Shown here: piece after piece, positions 60,981 through 64,000 of the stretch | Position numbering within the stretch: position 1 is the first letter of the stretch | Layout: every line of letters begins with the position of its first letter | NCBI GenBank assembly: GCA_048013815.1 | Contig: CM106586.1 | Span: 3,906,001 to 3,970,000, forward strand | Source: Setoptus koraiensis | Lineage: Eukaryota; Animalia; Arthropoda | Reading direction: 5' to 3' | Length of the DNA stretch: 64,000 nt | The notes under the pieces: generated by a model | The model's input: the letters and a program-made list of their open reading frames with translations, nothing else | What the model was told of the DNA's origin: nothing | Database searches by the model: none | Position numbers and translations under genes: made by a program

Positions 60981-61501
60981 CCTACATACACTCAACGGTT
61001 CTCATACTAGATTGTAGTGCCTCCATGACCATATTATCCACAATAGCTTCATTCTTCCTCATGTTGTTTGCCTTATTATTGGCTAATACAAATAGAAATG
61101 ACGACACTACCAGTAAGGCTAAATTAATCAATAGCAACTCAAAATCAATTTCGCCAATCAATGGTGCACAAAATCCTAGCATTCTCAAAGGTAGTCTAAA
61201 TAATGATCTGAAAAAGATAGACAAGGATAGACAAAAAAACATACTCACATCGGTCAATTGTATACCATCAACACCGTCACCTATTTCTAATCAATCATCG
61301 TTAACATCACCTTCATCTCAGCAATCATTACATCAGCACCAGCAAACAAGACATCAGCAGCAATACCATGCAAAGTCGATGACTCCTGTCACATCTCCAT
61401 CCTCACAAAATAACCATCAACCACCGATTGGTAGATCATCAAGTAACAAGCAACATCAAAGACATAGACATAAGATGACCAATACAGGCCTTATAGTATA
61501 A
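60981..61501 (+). CDS. Probable terminal exon (one TM helix plus S/Q/H-rich tail), possibly TM4 of the tetraspanin-like gene
   Basis: Acceptor CCACAG|CC; open frame with hydrophobic TILSTIASFFLMLFALLLA; stop at 61499-61501; AATAAA near 61592. Linkage to the 57175 exon is unresolved. Confidence 0.5.
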
Positions 61502-61911
61502 AGTAAGAGATAAATCCTACCAAATTATACCGCATATGCAAATTATTTCAATACATTGTATACAATACATGAAGTTTGTAAATATTGTATAAATAAAAAT
61601 TTTCACAATTCATATCCTCAACACGTCTATTCGTCAACTAGAATTGTATATATATGTATGATTAGCTGGCAATCGATAGATTGGCGTATCAAATTCAAAT
61701 AATAATAAACAAAAAGGAAATATATGGATGAATTGTTTCACTTAATTATTACGCTTTTAATCTTAACATTACTAATCTCATCGATCATATTATTACATTT
61801 ATTCAATCCGTAAGTTATCTTCCAGTGAATATCATCCATCTCGCTCGCTTTTTATGTGAGAGTTACAGGTTTAATTTTATATTATAGCTGGTATTGGTTC
61901 GCATATAAATG

Positions 61912-62297
61912 TTATTGTTTACCAAAATTAAAGTTGCTTGGTACATTTTGATTAACAAATTCATAACCTCCTTGCTTTTCTATCCTCTTCGATTCAGCTT
62001 CAGCAGCTCTTCTGTTCGCAAATTCACCGAATTCGACCAATTTCTTTTGTTGATTAGAATCTACTGAGGACAACAGGATCTGGTACCAATTGACGTCATT
62101 ATTTCGAATATACATTAAAGAGTTGCAAAACAGAGCAAATTCATCAACATCTGTTTTATCGTTATCTATTACTGTCTCATAACTCTCCAAAGCAGTTGGC
62201 TCACAGTCATCGTCGGAGTCATATTCATCATCATAGTCCTCTGACTCGTAATCGTCTCCTATATCTTCAAAGTCGTCATCGTTATCACTGGCAGACA
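61912..62297 (-). CDS. IPO7: Importin-7 terminal exon (acidic loop and C-terminus)
   Basis: TALESYETVID..VDEF..RRAAEAESKRIEKQGGYEF..VPSNFNFG matches the IPO7 C-terminus. The acceptor at 62298/62297 is the only AG restoring frame with the phase-1 donor. Confidence 0.88.
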
Positions 62298-62404
62298 CTT
62301 TTTTGGTGATTTGGGTGATATTGAATGAATAAAATGAGCTTTAAGTTAGACTAGTTGGTGGGAAATAAAAGAGAATAATTCACAGGTTGACAAAGAATAC
62401 TTAC

Positions 62405-64000
62405 TTCCGACGTGATCTTGATCATCCTCCAGACAGTCGGCTTCATTATCACTGGCGATCTCATCCTCATCGTCTGTTTCACTATCTGAATCGGCATTGG
62501 CCTTCTTTTGATAAGCAATTTTCAACTTTTCAAACAAGACTAAAATACTTGGAACTATTTGATTGGCAATCTCATTAACAACTGGCGGTCTCTTATCTAC
62601 AGGTAACATAGCCATGGTGCATAATCCGATGACGCACATTTTCCTATCATGAAGACCTACAAATTCTGTGATATCTTTGAGCCATTGCTTCACAAATGTT
62701 GCAAACAATTGCTGCGGTTGATCAGGTTGTAATGAATCTAATGTTGATAGTAATAATTCATAATTTGTGTATAAAGCAGCAATAACGATCTGTATCAGTA
62801 AAGTTCTCAATTCCGCTGAAGTTACTTCCCTTCTTAATCTTGTTATAGCTAATTCTATGAATGAGGGAATGCAATCATTAATTTGGTTCTTGAATTGTAA
62901 TATTATTATCTCTAATAGTTTAGCGGCGTAACTTTCTATCTCTTCGCCACATTTTGGATCGGTCAATATGGTCCTACACATATCAAATATAGCAACTAAA
63001 TTATCACGATTACTGATAAATGTCTGAGGGTCCACAGTGATATAGTTGTGTATTGGAGACATCATGTCGGTAAAGTAGTCGTATCCATCTCGTTTAAAGA
63101 CCGCATATAGTGTTTGGAAAACTCTCCATGATTCTTGGCTTACTTGATCAGTCGTAATTGTAGAAAGTAGTGTAGTCGCCTCCTCGTAAAGCTCAGCCAG
63201 TGATCTATCAAAAATTGTTATAATCACATTGACCACAATAGGCTCCAATTTGGCTACTACTTCAGGTTGCTCGTCCATCATAGTGAGTACGGTATCGATT
63301 GTGTTCAAAACAGCCATAGCAGATAAAGTCTTCTCGTCAGCTTCTTCCTCGGAAGAAGATATCAACTGGAGGAAAGTTGTAGCTAGATGATTTGTCATGT
63401 CAACAGCGATGATGTACAGATCATCGGGGAACACATAGACTATCTTCTGCAGTACTTGCATAACATCTTCACTTTCGGTGAGTCTAACAATCTGCAACAA
63501 TTCCATCGTGATGGCTTTGACATTGGGCCGGACCAATTCTTTTATGTTTTCTTGGCTTGATAGCAATGATAGTAAGCAAATAGCTGCCTCAACCTTAACT
63601 GGCAACTCTCGATCTTGCAGAAGACATGACTGAATAGACTGAGTAGCTGTGATAAGATTATTCTCTTGTTTGAAGTCTGTTTCAGCGAAATAGTTTAGCA
63701 CCCAACAAGCTCTGGCCCTCAAGAAATGATGAGGACAGCTAAAAAGTGGGAATACATATGCAACCAATAGTTGTTCTACTTGATCTTTGAAAATTTGCTT
63801 CTTCAACATTACGTGCGCAATAGAACCAACCATGTGTAAAGCGCCATCTTTGTGCTTGGGATCGGCTTGTGGATTATTTAGCACGTTCACTATGAGACTC
63901 ATGACTTTTTGTAACATATCCTTTCTCTTACCGCAACAACTGTGTAATAGAGTCTGACCTGCAGTTACTGGGGAAACATAGTCTTCGAAGACATCAAATT
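62405..64000 (-). CDS. IPO7: Importin-7 large exon (5' part lies beyond the window edge)
   Basis: Frame is open to the edge: FDVFEDYVSP, KHKDGALHMVG, FLRARACWVL, PVKVEAA, GLHDRKMCVIGL. Donor GGAA|GTAAGT at 62405/62404. Confidence 0.95.

Overview
Eukaryotic (arthropod, probably mite-like; organism is inference only) genomic DNA with spliceosomal GT-AG introns. I found no rRNA, tRNA, CRISPR or recognisable transposon ORF. Genes assembled by hand from splice sites and reading-frame phase: (1) a TMEM268-family gene on +, about 6.2-11.8 kb, apparently with a very long low-complexity N-terminal exon; (2) an 11-exon transmembrane adenylyl cyclase on +, 17.3-41.5 kb, with a 13.7-kb first intron and a large low-complexity C1b insert; (3) glucosylceramidase GBA on +, 42.9-45.0 kb; (4) Cdk1 on +, 45.7-46.8 kb; (5) an unrecognised 208-aa ORF on -, tail-to-tail with Cdk1, carrying an RxxLxxxxN D-box; (6) a partly resolved tetraspanin-like gene on +, 57.2-61.5 kb; (7) importin-7 on -, running off the right edge. 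The window has two regimes. Compact, repeat-free housekeeping islands alternate with expanded domains full of CAA/CAG microsatellites and many unrelated 9-22-nt tandem micro-duplications. The most notable unexplained structures are a GGGGCCCC palindrome concentrated at the cyclase locus, a perfect 30-bp palindrome, a G-tract/C-tract foldback, a 22-nt array with an inverted partner, and substitutions in the cyclase forskolin pocket. Most short ORFs in the supplied track are microsatellite or antisense artefacts. Region 1-3.6 kb has exon-like signals I could not assign.
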